Notes: generated from the sequence alone by a model not told the origin. A stretch of DNA of 248,000 bases from Hyalangium minutum (GCF_000737315.1 NZ_JMCB01000001.1:20001-268000); one strand, 5' to 3'; positions 39,009 through 49,434 are shown, counted from the stretch's first letter. Program-made: numbers and translations.

Positions 39009-39584
39009 TTAGCGGATGTTGCCGATCGCGTTCTTCGCCGTCTCGTGGCGGGACTTCAGCACGTTGGAGACGGCCTGGTACTTCTGGGACTCCTGCTGCA
39101 TGGCGGACTGGAGCTTCAGCAGGTTCTTCTGCTCCTGGAACATGCCGGCCAGCTCACCGTTGAACTCGGAGCCCGGCGTGCCCGTGTTGCCCGCCAGGTA
39201 GTTCGGGCCGCCCGCGGTGCCGCCGCCGCCCACGCCCGGGATGCCGACGCTGCCGCCGGAGCCCACGGTGGTGTTCACGGAGGGAACGCCCACCGAGCCC
39301 GCGCCCGTGCTGCCCGAGCCCGCGCCCGGCAGAACCGACGTGTACGGAGTGGACGCGCCGCCAGTGGCGCCCGACGCGGTAAGCGTCGTCATCGACGAGA
39401 CCGCCGCCGAGACGATGCCGCCACCGGAGAACATCCCCGTGGCCAGACCCACGCCGCCGGCGACCGCGCCCGCCGCGTTGTTCACGCCCGCCTGAACGCG
39501 AGCACCGAAGCTCGTGTCCGGGGTCTGCCGACCCACCGACAGGTTGGTAGACATCCGAGGACCCATCAATCCATCGACCTTCAT
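39009..39584 (-). CDS. Gly-rich protein with needle-like C-terminal hairpin
   Basis: C-terminus QEQKNLLKLQSAMQQ...NVLKSRHETAKNAIGNIR aligns with the 75-aa repeat protein. Confidence 0.6.
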   Translation of the reverse strand: MKVDGLMGPRMSTNLSVGRQTPDTSFGARVQAGVNNAAGAVAGGVGLATGMFSGGGIVSAAVSSMTTLTASGATGGASTPYTSVLPGAGSGSTGAGSVGVPSVNTTVGSGGSVGIPGVGGGGTAGGPNYLAGNTGTPGSEFNGELAGMFQEQKNLLKLQSAMQQESQKYQAVSNVLKSRHETAKNAIGNIR

Positions 39585-39653
39585 TTTTTCCTCCAGCGTT
39601 CGGACAACTTCGAAAGGTTCAGAGCCCCGGCCAGCCCGGCGCTCTCATTGTAA

Positions 39654-39679
39654 TTATCGCTGATCACGCGCCTGGGTTG
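39654..39679 (-). promoter_or_regulatory. sigma28-like promoter CAACCC-N13-GCGATAA
   Basis: same spacing; at the head of the main sct operon. Confidence 0.55.
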
Positions 39680-39750
39680 CCTCGGGTCCGGAAAATCCCG
39701 GCGCAACGCAAATGTTTCCAGCAATTCCAGGCACTTGCGCAGCGGGGTAG

Positions 39751-40029
39751 CTACTTGCGGCCCTTGCCGCCCTTGTTCTCCGCGATCAGATGTTCGCGCG
39801 TTTCGAGAAGAATGCCCAGTAGCTCTTCGGCGCTTGACAACGCGGCCTGGATCTTCTTGCCCTGCTCAGCCTTGGGACCCTTGAGGGTGTCGAGGCCCTC
39901 CTTGATGGGGTTGAAGAGCGACTGGACCTCTTCCGCGGTGGCGCCCTCGATGAAGGACTCGATCGCCGGATAGGACGGAGTGGGAAGAGGCTCAGCTTCA
40001 GGGGCTTGCTGCTGCTTGGGAGGAGGCAT
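39751..40029 (-). CDS. small hypothetical protein
   Basis: coding bias, helical. Confidence 0.55.
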   Translation of the reverse strand: MPPPKQQQAPEAEPLPTPSYPAIESFIEGATAEEVQSLFNPIKEGLDTLKGPKAEQGKKIQAALSSAEELLGILLETREHLIAENKGGKGRK

Positions 40030-40297
40030 TGTAGGAAGGGTCTCCTGTCAGGGCGCCGTCCGGGCGGCCGACTCAAAAGCGGATGTACGGACGGTAGGAG
40101 AAAACTCCCTCTCTGTTCAAGACGGGCGTCGTACCACCGAGAGCAATGTGGACAGAAAGCCACGGCCGCAGAGCAAGCATGCACGCGGCATTGCCTCGGA
40201 GGGCCTGTCCGCGCCTCCCAGCGCACCTACGTTTTTCCTAGCGGGGGATGCGCACCGCCCTTCCGCACTCACCACATCCAGATGGGGGATGACTTCC

Positions 40298-40939
40298 ATG
40301 AAGAAGCTGACGGGACTTTTCGCGGCCGTGGCACTGATGAGCCCGGGCATGGCGCTCGCGAACGAGGGGAAGAAGCACGACCAGCAGCAGACGCAGAACC
40401 AGAGCAACACGGGCGGGTCTGGCGTCCAGACAACCACCGGTAGCAGCCCCGAGAGCTCGCTCGGTACGGGCAACCAGATGGGCCAGAGCGGAACGACGAA
40501 CCCGCTGAGCGGCAACCAGATCACGGGCCGCGTCGTGAAGAGCGACAAGAAGATGATCTGGGTCGAGCACGCGGGCGCCATCGTCCCGCTGAAGGTCGAC
40601 AAGAACACGCAGTTCACGGATCCGAGCCTGAAGCGGGCCTCGGACTTCAAGGAGGGCGATGAGATCCGCGCCTCCTTCGAAGTGCGCAAGACGGACAACG
40701 TGGCCACCAGCATCCAGAAGAACACCGACGTGGGCCAGGGCGGCAGCGGCTCGGACGTGATGATGCCGGACAAGGGCATCAACCAGCCGTCGGACACCCT
40801 GCCTCCTTCCAGCGTGCCGCCCATGAATGAGGGACTGGGCGGCAGCGGCGACCTGGGCCCTGACATCACCCACCAGGGCTCGGACCTCGGCACTGGCTCG
40901 GACGTGAACCAGGGCAACAAGACCAGCGGCGACTTCTAG
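40298..40939 (+). CDS. secreted protein with small OB-like domain and Gly/Ser-rich flanks
   Basis: signal peptide MKKLTGLFAAVAL. Confidence 0.65.
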   Translation: MKKLTGLFAAVALMSPGMALANEGKKHDQQQTQNQSNTGGSGVQTTTGSSPESSLGTGNQMGQSGTTNPLSGNQITGRVVKSDKKMIWVEHAGAIVPLKVDKNTQFTDPSLKRASDFKEGDEIRASFEVRKTDNVATSIQKNTDVGQGGSGSDVMMPDKGINQPSDTLPPSSVPPMNEGLGGSGDLGPDITHQGSDLGTGSDVNQGNKTSGDF

Positions 40940-41332
40940 CAGCGCCCTGCTCCTGAGAGCGCTCCGCTGCTCTGCAGGAGTGCTGCTGACCACCTGCTGG
41001 GCCCGAGGCCCGCGATCCACCGCTCGGATCGTGGGCCTCGATCTTTGTAACAAGGCCGTAACGGCTTGCCCTCCGCTCGCTCTTCTCCCACCCCCATTCC
41101 ACATTGACGGCGTTGTCGTGAGGCAGCTAGATGCCGCCCCGTCGGGTGGTGCCGCGTCCTTGCGTCGCACCACTATCCAGGGGGTCGCCATGACGGCGGG
41201 TGGGAATTGCCACCTCGAGAGCCGCTTTAGCGAATGTGTCCGCCACACGAGCGGAGCCGTCCGCAAGCCATCATCCGCCCCGCCCCGCCTGGTCCCCCTG
41301 CCCGTCAGCGAGTTGTGAAAGGACCCCTCTCC

Positions 41333-42070
41333 ATGTCCGCAGCGCCCATTGTCGACATCAACGAAGTCACCAAGGACTACCGCCTCGGCAAGGTGGTGGT
41401 GCCCGCCCTCCGAGGCGTCTCGCTCCAGGTTCACCCCGGAGAGTTCATCTCCATCGCGGGCCCGTCGGGCAGCGGGAAGACGACGATGCTGAACCTCATT
41501 GGCTGCGTGGACACTGCCACCGCAGGCGTGGTGAAGGTGGCCGGCCAGGACACGAAGCAGCTCACCGAGCGAGCGCTCACGGACCTGCGGCTGCACACCA
41601 TCGGGTTCATCTTCCAGAGCTTCAACCTGGTGTCGGTGCTCAGCGTCTTCCAGAACGTGGAATTCCCCCTGCTGCTCCAGAAGAAGCTCAACGCCCAGCA
41701 GCGGCGTGAGCGGGTCACGCAATTGCTGGAGCAGGTGGGCCTCGCCGGCCACGCGAAGCACCGCCCCAACGAGCTGTCCGGCGGACAGCGCCAGCGCGTC
41801 GCGGTCGCCCGCGCCCTGGTGACTCAGCCGCAGATCGTCCTGGCGGACGAGCCGACGGCGAACCTGGACTCCGTCACCGGCCAGCAGATCATCGACCTGA
41901 TGAAGGCGATGAACCGCGAGCGCGGCACCACCTTCATCTTCTCCACGCACGACGCCAAGGTGATGACCCACGCCAACGCCGTGGTGCGTCTGAAGGACGG
42001 GATGATCCTCGACCGCGTCACTCCCGCCGAGGCGGGCATGGCCCTGGCGGCCGGTGCGGAGGGGCACTGA
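41333..42070 (+). CDS. LolD/MacB-type ABC ATPase
   Basis: [27 protein letters not shown]. Confidence 0.92.
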   Translation: MSAAPIVDINEVTKDYRLGKVVVPALRGVSLQVHPGEFISIAGPSGSGKTTMLNLIGCVDTATAGVVKVAGQDTKQLTERALTDLRLHTIGFIFQSFNLVSVLSVFQNVEFPLLLQKKLNAQQRRERVTQLLEQVGLAGHAKHRPNELSGGQRQRVAVARALVTQPQIVLADEPTANLDSVTGQQIIDLMKAMNRERGTTFIFSTHDAKVMTHANAVVRLKDGMILDRVTPAEAGMALAAGAEGH

Positions 42071-44178
42071 TGGGCACGCTCAAGCTGCTCTTGCAGGTGG
42101 CCTTCCGCAACCTGTTCAAGAGCTGGGTCAACGTCATCATCGGCGGCATCATCTTCTTCGCCACCTTCCTGGTGGTGACGGGCGGCGCGCTCCTAGACAG
42201 CGTGGACTCGTCCATGAGCCGGTCGATCATCGGCTCCATCGCGGGCCACATCCAGGTGTACTCGGAGAAGTCCAAGGAAGAGCTGGCGCTGTTCGTCACC
42301 ATGGGTGGCGAGGCGGACGTCGCGGCCATGGACAGCTTCAGCCCCATCAAGGCGGCGCTGGAGAAGCACCCCAACGTGAAGACAGTGGTGCCCATGGGCG
42401 CCAATGGCGCGCTCATTACCTCCGGCAACACGGTGGACCTGACGCTGGCGCGCCTGCGCGGGCTGTACCGGAAGAACGCCGAGGAGGGCGACACGCCCGA
42501 GCGGCGCGCCCAGATCGACAGCCTCAAGGCGCATGTGCGTCACCTGGCCGAGCTGCTCGAGGCCGAGAAGGCCACGCGCACCAAGCTGGTCCGGGAAGAG
42601 ACCCTGGATCCCGCAGAGGTGGCGGCGCTGGCCAAGGCACGCTCGGAGGAGTTCTGGGCGGGCTTCGACAAGGACCCGTTCGGCTCGCTGGAGTTCCTGG
42701 AGAACCAGCTGGCGCCCCAGGTGGCCGATGGAGACCTGCTCTACATCCGCTATGTGGGCACGGACCTGGATGCGTTCCAGAAGAGCTTCGACCGCATGCA
42801 GATCATCGACGGCACGGCGGTGCCCCAGGGCAAGCGCGGCATGCTGCTGTCCAAGTACTTCTATGAGGAGTTTCTCAAGCTGAAGTCCGCGCGCCGGATG
42901 GACCTCATCAAGGAGGCGCTCGAGACGAAGCAGAAGACGATCGCCTCGGACCCGCTGCTTCAGCGCTACGTGAAGGAGAACTCCACGCAGCCGCGCGAGA
43001 TCGTCTACCAGCTGGATCCCATGAAGTCGCAGCAGGCCGTGTCGCGGCTCCAGGACATCTTGCAGAGCAAGGAGACGGATCTGTCCAAGCTGGTGAGCCA
43101 GTTCCTCACGGTGACCGACGAGAACTTCGACACCCGCTACAAGCAGTACTACGAGCAACTGGTGCCGCTGTTGGACCTGTACCGCCTGAAGATGGGGGAC
43201 ACGATCACCATCACCGCGTTCAGCCGCACCGGCTACGTGCAGAGCGTGAACGTGCCCATCTACGGCACCTACCAGTTCAGCGGCCTGGAGAAGTCCCCGC
43301 TGGCGGGCTCCGCGAACCTGATGGACCTGGTGTCCTTCCGCGAGCTGTACGGCTACCTCACCGAGGAGAAGAAGGAGGAGATCGCCCTGCTCAAGCAGAA
43401 GAGCGGCGCGGCCGAGGTGAAGCGCGAGAACGCCGAGGAGGCCCTCTTCGGCGAGGCGGCTCCCTCCACCCTGGTGGCGGACGCCACGCCCGGCTTGATC
43501 AACGAGAACGAGCAGATCACCTCCACCGGCGCCGCCCTGCGCAACGAGGACCTGCTCAAGCGCGTCTACTCCCAGAAGGAGATCGAAGAGGGCATGGTGC
43601 TGAGCTCCGCCATCATCCTCAAGGATCCGGAGAAGCTGGAGACCACCCTGTCCGAGCTCGGGAAGTCCCAGGAGCTGAAGGACCTGAAGCTGCGCGTGGT
43701 GAGCTGGCAGAAGGCCGCGGGCCTCATTGGCCAGTTCGTGCTGATGATGCGCATGGTGCTGTGGGGCATCATCGTCATCCTCTTCGTGGTGATCCTGGCC
43801 ATCATCAACAACGCGGTGATGATGGCCACCCTCCAGCGCGTGAGGGAGGTGGGCACCATGCGAGCCATCGGCGCGCAGCGCTCCTTCATCCTGGCCATGG
43901 TGATGCTGGAGACGGTGGTGCTGGGCGCGGTGTTTGGCGGCCTGGGAGCTGGGGCTGGCAGCGCGCTCATCCGCTGGCTTGGCAAGGTCGGCATCCCCGC
44001 GGGCACCGAGGAGCTCTACTTCTTCTTCAGCGGCCCCCGGCTGCTGCCCACCCTGAGCGCCTCGAACATCGTTGTCGCCTTCATCCTCGTGGTGGGCGTC
44101 TCCCTGTTCTCCACCTTCTACCCCGCCTTTATGGCCACGCGCGTGTCGCCCGTCACGGCGATGCAGACGGACGAGTGA
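42070..44178 (+). CDS. LolC/E (FtsX-like) ABC permease
   Basis: large periplasmic loop; QRVREVGTMRAIGA. Confidence 0.88.
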   Translation: MGTLKLLLQVAFRNLFKSWVNVIIGGIIFFATFLVVTGGALLDSVDSSMSRSIIGSIAGHIQVYSEKSKEELALFVTMGGEADVAAMDSFSPIKAALEKHPNVKTVVPMGANGALITSGNTVDLTLARLRGLYRKNAEEGDTPERRAQIDSLKAHVRHLAELLEAEKATRTKLVREETLDPAEVAALAKARSEEFWAGFDKDPFGSLEFLENQLAPQVADGDLLYIRYVGTDLDAFQKSFDRMQIIDGTAVPQGKRGMLLSKYFYEEFLKLKSARRMDLIKEALETKQKTIASDPLLQRYVKENSTQPREIVYQLDPMKSQQAVSRLQDILQSKETDLSKLVSQFLTVTDENFDTRYKQYYEQLVPLLDLYRLKMGDTITITAFSRTGYVQSVNVPIYGTYQFSGLEKSPLAGSANLMDLVSFRELYGYLTEEKKEEIALLKQKSGAAEVKRENAEEALFGEAAPSTLVADATPGLINENEQITSTGAALRNEDLLKRVYSQKEIEEGMVLSSAIILKDPEKLETTLSELGKSQELKDLKLRVVSWQKAAGLIGQFVLMMRMVLWGIIVILFVVILAIINNAVMMATLQRVREVGTMRAIGAQRSFILAMVMLETVVLGAVFGGLGAGAGSALIRWLGKVGIPAGTEELYFFFSGPRLLPTLSASNIVVAFILVVGVSLFSTFYPAFMATRVSPVTAMQTDE

Positions 44179-44182
44179 AGCC

Positions 44183-45643
44183 ATGTCCCAACGCCCCTTC
44201 CATGTGAGGCTGATCCAGGCCCTCGAAGACCCCTCGGGCCTGAACTGGCTCCAGCGCATGGCCCTGCAGCCCGTCCGCGCCGTCTACGCGCTCTACAACC
44301 TGGGCTACTTTTTCTATTACCTGCTGACCCACCCTGCGGAGGTCGCCATGCTGTGCCGGGTGGCCGTCCGCAACCTGCGGGCCCACCAGCGGCGCACCCT
44401 CCTGCTCGGAGGCGCCATTGGCGGCGTCACCGCAGTGCTCGTCATCCTGATGGGCGTCACCAACGGGATGAAGTCCACCATGCTGGAGTCGGCCACCACG
44501 CTCATGAGCGGGCACGTGAACGTGGGCGGCTTCTACAAAGTCACCGCGGGCCAGTCCGCGCCCGTGGTCACCGAGTACCCGAAGCTCGTCGCGAAGATCC
44601 GCCAGGACGTACCCGAGCTGGACTACATCTCCCAGCGCGGCCGCGGCTGGGCCAAGCTCGTCTCCGACACCGGCTCCATGCAGGTGGGCGTAGGCGGCAT
44701 GGACGTCGAGGCCGAGCCGGGCTTCCGCAAGGTCGTCCAGCTTCGCAAGGGAAATCTGGATGACCTGAAGCAGCCGGGCACCATCCTCATCTTCGAGGAG
44801 CAGGCCAAGAAGCTGGAAGTGACGGTGGGCGACACGCTGACGCTGTCGGCCCCCACCATGCGCGGCATCAACAACACGCAGGACGTGCGCGTGGTGGCCA
44901 TCGCCGCCAACATCGGGATGATGAGCGCGTGGAACACCTTCGTGCCCAGCAAGAGCCTGAGGGACTTGTACCAGCTCAAGGACGACACCACCGGCGCCAT
45001 CTACCTGTACCTCAAGGACATGAAGGACATCCCCGCGGTGCAGCAGCGGCTGCGCACCCAGCTGGCCGAGTCAGGCTACACGCTCATGGACAACGACCCA
45101 CGCGCCTTCTGGATGAAGTTCGACGTGGTCAACCGCGAGGGCTGGACGGGCCAGAAGCTGGACATCACCAACTGGGAGGACGAGATCTCCTTCGTGCAGT
45201 GGGTGGTGCAGGCCTTGGGCGCCATCACCGGCGGGCTCACCTTCGTGCTGCTGGTGGTCATCGCCGCTGGCATCACGAACACGCTGTGGATCGCCATCCG
45301 CGAGCGCACCCGGGAGATTGGCACGCTGCGCGCCATTGGCATGAAGCGCGAGAGCGTGCAGACGATGTTCCTGGCGGAGGCGCTGATCCTCAGCCTCGTG
45401 GCGACCCTCACGGGCGCGCTGGTGGCCGCGGGGCTCTGCTTCCTCGTCAACGCCCAGCACATCCGCGCCCCTGAGGTCGTCCAGGTGATGCTGCTGACGG
45501 AGCACTGGTTCTTGAAGATCGAGCCCGGCTCCGTGGTGTTCGCGGTGGCGCTCATCACTGGGGCCTCCATGTTCGTGAGTCTGATTCCCTCGTTCCTCGC
45601 CGCGCGGATGAAGCCCGTGACGGCCATGCACCACATCGGGTGA
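44183..45643 (+). CDS. LolC/E (FtsX-like) ABC permease
   Basis: ERTREIGTLRAIGM. Confidence 0.88.
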   Translation: MSQRPFHVRLIQALEDPSGLNWLQRMALQPVRAVYALYNLGYFFYYLLTHPAEVAMLCRVAVRNLRAHQRRTLLLGGAIGGVTAVLVILMGVTNGMKSTMLESATTLMSGHVNVGGFYKVTAGQSAPVVTEYPKLVAKIRQDVPELDYISQRGRGWAKLVSDTGSMQVGVGGMDVEAEPGFRKVVQLRKGNLDDLKQPGTILIFEEQAKKLEVTVGDTLTLSAPTMRGINNTQDVRVVAIAANIGMMSAWNTFVPSKSLRDLYQLKDDTTGAIYLYLKDMKDIPAVQQRLRTQLAESGYTLMDNDPRAFWMKFDVVNREGWTGQKLDITNWEDEISFVQWVVQALGAITGGLTFVLLVVIAAGITNTLWIAIRERTREIGTLRAIGMKRESVQTMFLAEALILSLVATLTGALVAAGLCFLVNAQHIRAPEVVQVMLLTEHWFLKIEPGSVVFAVALITGASMFVSLIPSFLAARMKPVTAMHHIG

Positions 45644-45648
45644 TTGCC

Positions 45649-46428
45649 ATGACGCCTCGAAACCTGCTGTCCGCCGCGCTCGCCGCGGTGCTGCTCGCGG
45701 CCCCTGCCGCCTTCGCGCTGGACGCGGCCGAGCTGAAGAAGACGCTGGAGGTCATCGACGACCGGCAGCGCAACAGCGGCGACTACAAGTCGCTGGTGTA
45801 CCTGGAGCAGAAGGAGAAGGACAAAGCGGACACCGTGCGCGAGGCGCTCGTCTACCGGCGCGACGCGGACGACAAGCTGATGATCCTCTTCACCAAGCCC
45901 AAGGGCGAGGCCGGCAAGGGCTACCTGCGCCTGGACAAGAACCTGTGGATCTACGATCCCAACGTGGGCAAGTGGGAGCGCCGCACCGAGCGCGAGCGCA
46001 TCGCCGGCACCGACAGCCGCCGCGCCGACTTCGACGAGTCCCGCCTCGCCGAGGAGTATGACGCGACGTACGAGGGCGAAGAGGCGCTGGGCAAGTTCCA
46101 GGTGCACAAGATGTCGCTCAAGGCCCGGCCCACCATCGACGTGGCCTACCCCGTCATCAAGCTGTGGGTGGACAAAGAGACCACCAACGTCCTGAAGCGC
46201 CAGGAGTTCGCCCTGTCCGGCCGGCTGATGCGCACGCTCTACTATCCGAAGTGGCAGAAGCTCTTCAGCGAGTCCAAGGGCGCCGACGTCTGGTACCCCC
46301 AGGAGATCCGCATCTACGACGAGGTGGAGAAGGCCAACTCCACCGTCATCCTCATCAAGAGCGTGGACCTGCGGTCGCTGGAGGCCAACATCTTCACCAA
46401 GGCGTGGCTCGAGAGTAAGAGCCGATGA
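45649..46428 (+). CDS. LolA-like outer-membrane lipoprotein-sorting protein
   Basis: signal peptide; GKGYLRLDKNLWIYDP. Confidence 0.8.
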   Translation: MTPRNLLSAALAAVLLAAPAAFALDAAELKKTLEVIDDRQRNSGDYKSLVYLEQKEKDKADTVREALVYRRDADDKLMILFTKPKGEAGKGYLRLDKNLWIYDPNVGKWERRTERERIAGTDSRRADFDESRLAEEYDATYEGEEALGKFQVHKMSLKARPTIDVAYPVIKLWVDKETTNVLKRQEFALSGRLMRTLYYPKWQKLFSESKGADVWYPQEIRIYDEVEKANSTVILIKSVDLRSLEANIFTKAWLESKSR

Positions 46429-47996
46429 CCCCGCGCACGCTCACCACCGCCGCGGCGCTGGCCGCGGCTCTCTCGTGCCTGCCTGCCGCCGCCCAGTCGC
46501 GGCCGGATGAGGATGCGATGTTCGGCGGCTCCTCCGAGAGTGAGACTCCCGCAGGGGCTACGCCCACGGCACCGTCCTCGACGAACGCCAGCGCTCCGCC
46601 CGCCCAGCCTCCCGCCGTGGAGCAGTCCGGCCGCGAGGAGACCCGGGATGAGCAGGCGCTCAGCGGGACGTCCTCGCAGGAGGCGTTCGGCTCCGAGGAG
46701 CATGTGGATGACCCGCTGAAGATCGGCGGCCAGTTCTACCTGCGCGCCATCGCCCAGGGAAACCAGGGCGTGTCCTTCGGCAGCACTCCGTTCTCCGCTC
46801 CCACGCTGGTGGATGGCTACTTCGATGCCCGCCCCACGGACCGCCTGCGCGGCATGGTGGTGGGCCGGCTCAGCTTCGATCCGACCCAGGGCAGCCAGAC
46901 CATCAGCTTCCTCGGCACCAATTCGAGCGATGGCAGCACCACCACTCCCGGCACCGTGCGGTCCAACCCGCGCGTCCTGCTGGATCAAGCGTGGCTGCGC
47001 TTCGACATCGATCACACGGTGTTCGTCACCGCAGGCAAGCAGCACGTGAAGTGGGGCACCTCGCGCTTCTGGAACCCCACGGACTTCCTGTCGCCCCAGC
47101 GCAGGGATCCGCTCGCCGTCTTCGATGCTCGCACCGGCGCCTCCATGCTGAAGCTCCACGTCCCCTGGGAGGCCAAGGGGTGGAACTTCTATGGCATCGC
47201 GATGCTGGACAATGCTGGGCCGGCCTTCACGCTCGGCCGCATCGGCGGCGCCGCTCGCGCCGAGGTCGTGCTGGGTGAGTCCGAGATCGGCGCCAGTGCC
47301 GTGCTCCAGCGCGGCCGCAAGCCCCGCTTCGGGCTCGATATCTCTTCGGCGCTCGGGCCGCTCGATGTGTACGCCGAGGCGGCACTGAAGAAGGGCTCGG
47401 ACACCCCACTCTACCGGCTGCCCGCGGGCGTCTCGATCCAGCAGCTCATCGAGGAGGCCGAGGACCTGGAGATCCACGGCCCGCAGGACCTCGTTCAGCT
47501 TCAGAAGCTGTCCATCGAGAGCTACACCCCGGGCGGGCTCACCCCGCAGGTCTCCGGCGGCGCCAACTACACGTTCGCCTACAGCGAGAACGACAGCGCC
47601 ACCGTGGGCGTCGAGTACTTCTACAACTCGACCGGCTACAGCACCGCCATCGCCTACCCGTACCTCATCGCGCAGGGGGTCTATCAGCCGTTCTACGTGG
47701 GCAAGCACTACGCCGGCCTTTACGGCGTGCTCACCGGACCGGGCTCCTGGGACAAGACGTCCTTCATCCTGTCCACCCTGGGCAACCTGTCGGACCGGTC
47801 CTTCACCACCCGGCTGGACGTGCTCCACCGCGTGCTCTCATACCTGAGCATCGAGGCGTACGCCGCCGCGAACTACGGCACCAAGGGCGGCGAGTTCCGC
47901 TTCGCCCTGGATGAGCCACCGTTCCAGGTCGATGGCAAGGCGTTCGTGCCTGCTCCCACGGTCCAGGCGGGCGTGGGCCTGCGCATCAACCTCTGA
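46425..47996 (+). CDS. outer-membrane beta-barrel protein
   Basis: signal peptide; AGKQHVKWG..FWNPTD; terminal LRINL. Confidence 0.7.
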   Translation: MTPRTLTTAAALAAALSCLPAAAQSRPDEDAMFGGSSESETPAGATPTAPSSTNASAPPAQPPAVEQSGREETRDEQALSGTSSQEAFGSEEHVDDPLKIGGQFYLRAIAQGNQGVSFGSTPFSAPTLVDGYFDARPTDRLRGMVVGRLSFDPTQGSQTISFLGTNSSDGSTTTPGTVRSNPRVLLDQAWLRFDIDHTVFVTAGKQHVKWGTSRFWNPTDFLSPQRRDPLAVFDARTGASMLKLHVPWEAKGWNFYGIAMLDNAGPAFTLGRIGGAARAEVVLGESEIGASAVLQRGRKPRFGLDISSALGPLDVYAEAALKKGSDTPLYRLPAGVSIQQLIEEAEDLEIHGPQDLVQLQKLSIESYTPGGLTPQVSGGANYTFAYSENDSATVGVEYFYNSTGYSTAIAYPYLIAQGVYQPFYVGKHYAGLYGVLTGPGSWDKTSFILSTLGNLSDRSFTTRLDVLHRVLSYLSIEAYAAANYGTKGGEFRFALDEPPFQVDGKAFVPAPTVQAGVGLRINL

Positions 47997-48108
47997 CGTG
48001 CCCTCGGGGCCGCGCCCGTGTCTTCGAGCGCGGCCCCGAGTGTCGCTCGGGTGACGGCCCGGCGAGATGGGAGTGGCCTCCCAGGCTGCCTCCAGCGCAG
48101 GAAGAGGC

Positions 48109-49434
48109 ATGAACCGCCCTTCCGATGTCATCGTTCTAGGCGCGGGCGCCGCAGGCCTCGGGGCCGCGGAGCGGCTCGTGCGCGCCGGACTGCGCGTCAC
48201 GGTGCTCGAAGCACGCGACCGGGTGGGCGGCCGCGTCCACACGGTGCCGGATCCGTTCACTGGGACGCCGCTGGAGCTGGGCGCCGAGTTCGTCCACGGC
48301 ACGCCCCCCACCCTGCTGAAGCTCGCCAAGCGAGAGAAGCTCACCGTCAAGGCCTGCAATGACCGGCACGTGCGGTCCTGGAAGGGTCGGCTCCTGGATG
48401 CGGATAAGGCCTTCAACTTCGTCGAGGCGCTGGCCTCAGCGAAGCCTCCAGATCGGCCCGTGGGCGAGTTGCTGCGAGAGAGGGCTCGAGCCGAGCAGTG
48501 GCCAGCTCTCAAGCTCGCGATCGCCCGTGGCTATATCGAGGGCTTCTATGCCGCGTCCGCGGACACGGCCAGCACGCTCGCCATCGCGAAGATGGAGCAG
48601 GCGGCGGAGGAGCTGGGGGGGATTACTCCGTCACGTGTCATGCAGGGATATGGCCAGGTGCTGCGTCCGCTTGCAGAACGACTCGAGCGGCGCCCTGGCA
48701 CGCTCTTCCTCAACGCCGTGGCCGAGGAGATTCGCTGGTCGCGAGGCATGGTACGGGTAAGGGCCCGGACTCGCGAGGGAGCGCCTCTGGGCCTGTTCCA
48801 GGCTCCGCGCATCATCGTGACGCTGCCGGTGGGCGTGCTGCGCGTGCGTCCTCCCGAGCCCGGTGCCGTGCGCTTCATTCCGCGCCTCCCCGAGAAGGAG
48901 CGCGCGTGGACCCGCCTGGAGATGGGGCCCCTGGTGAAGGTGCTCCTGCGCTTCCGCTCGCCGTTCTGGAAGGACTCGAAGGACACGCGTCGCTTCGGCT
49001 TCTTCCATGCGCCGGAGTCCCCTTTCCCCACCTGGTGGACCTTGGAACCTCACCAGTCGCGGCACCTCGTCGGCTGGAGCGGGGGGCCTCCTGCCCTGAA
49101 ACTCTCGGAGCTGCCAGAAGCGACCGCGCTCGAGCAGGCGCTGGACACCCTCTCCCGCATCTTCCGTCTGCGGCTGCCGGTGCTCCGGACGGAGTTGGAG
49201 ACCTGGCGCGTCGTGAACTGGCAGCACGAGCCCTTCACCCGTGGCGGCTACTGCGTCATCCCCGTTGGAGCCGTCGAGGATCTGCAGAAACTGGCCGAGC
49301 CCGTGGCGGACACCCTCTTCTTCGCCGGTGAGGCCACGAATACCGAGGGCGAAGAGGGCACTGTGCATGGCGCGCTGGAGACGGGGCTTCGCGCTGCCCG
49401 AGAAGTCCTCCGCGCGAACCGCCGCACAGTGTGA
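48109..49434 (+). CDS. flavin monoamine oxidase family protein
   Basis: GAGAAGL..LEARDRVGGR; FFAGEAT..TVHGALETG. Confidence 0.88.
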   Translation: MNRPSDVIVLGAGAAGLGAAERLVRAGLRVTVLEARDRVGGRVHTVPDPFTGTPLELGAEFVHGTPPTLLKLAKREKLTVKACNDRHVRSWKGRLLDADKAFNFVEALASAKPPDRPVGELLRERARAEQWPALKLAIARGYIEGFYAASADTASTLAIAKMEQAAEELGGITPSRVMQGYGQVLRPLAERLERRPGTLFLNAVAEEIRWSRGMVRVRARTREGAPLGLFQAPRIIVTLPVGVLRVRPPEPGAVRFIPRLPEKERAWTRLEMGPLVKVLLRFRSPFWKDSKDTRRFGFFHAPESPFPTWWTLEPHQSRHLVGWSGGPPALKLSELPEATALEQALDTLSRIFRLRLPVLRTELETWRVVNWQHEPFTRGGYCVIPVGAVEDLQKLAEPVADTLFFAGEATNTEGEEGTVHGALETGLRAAREVLRANRRTV

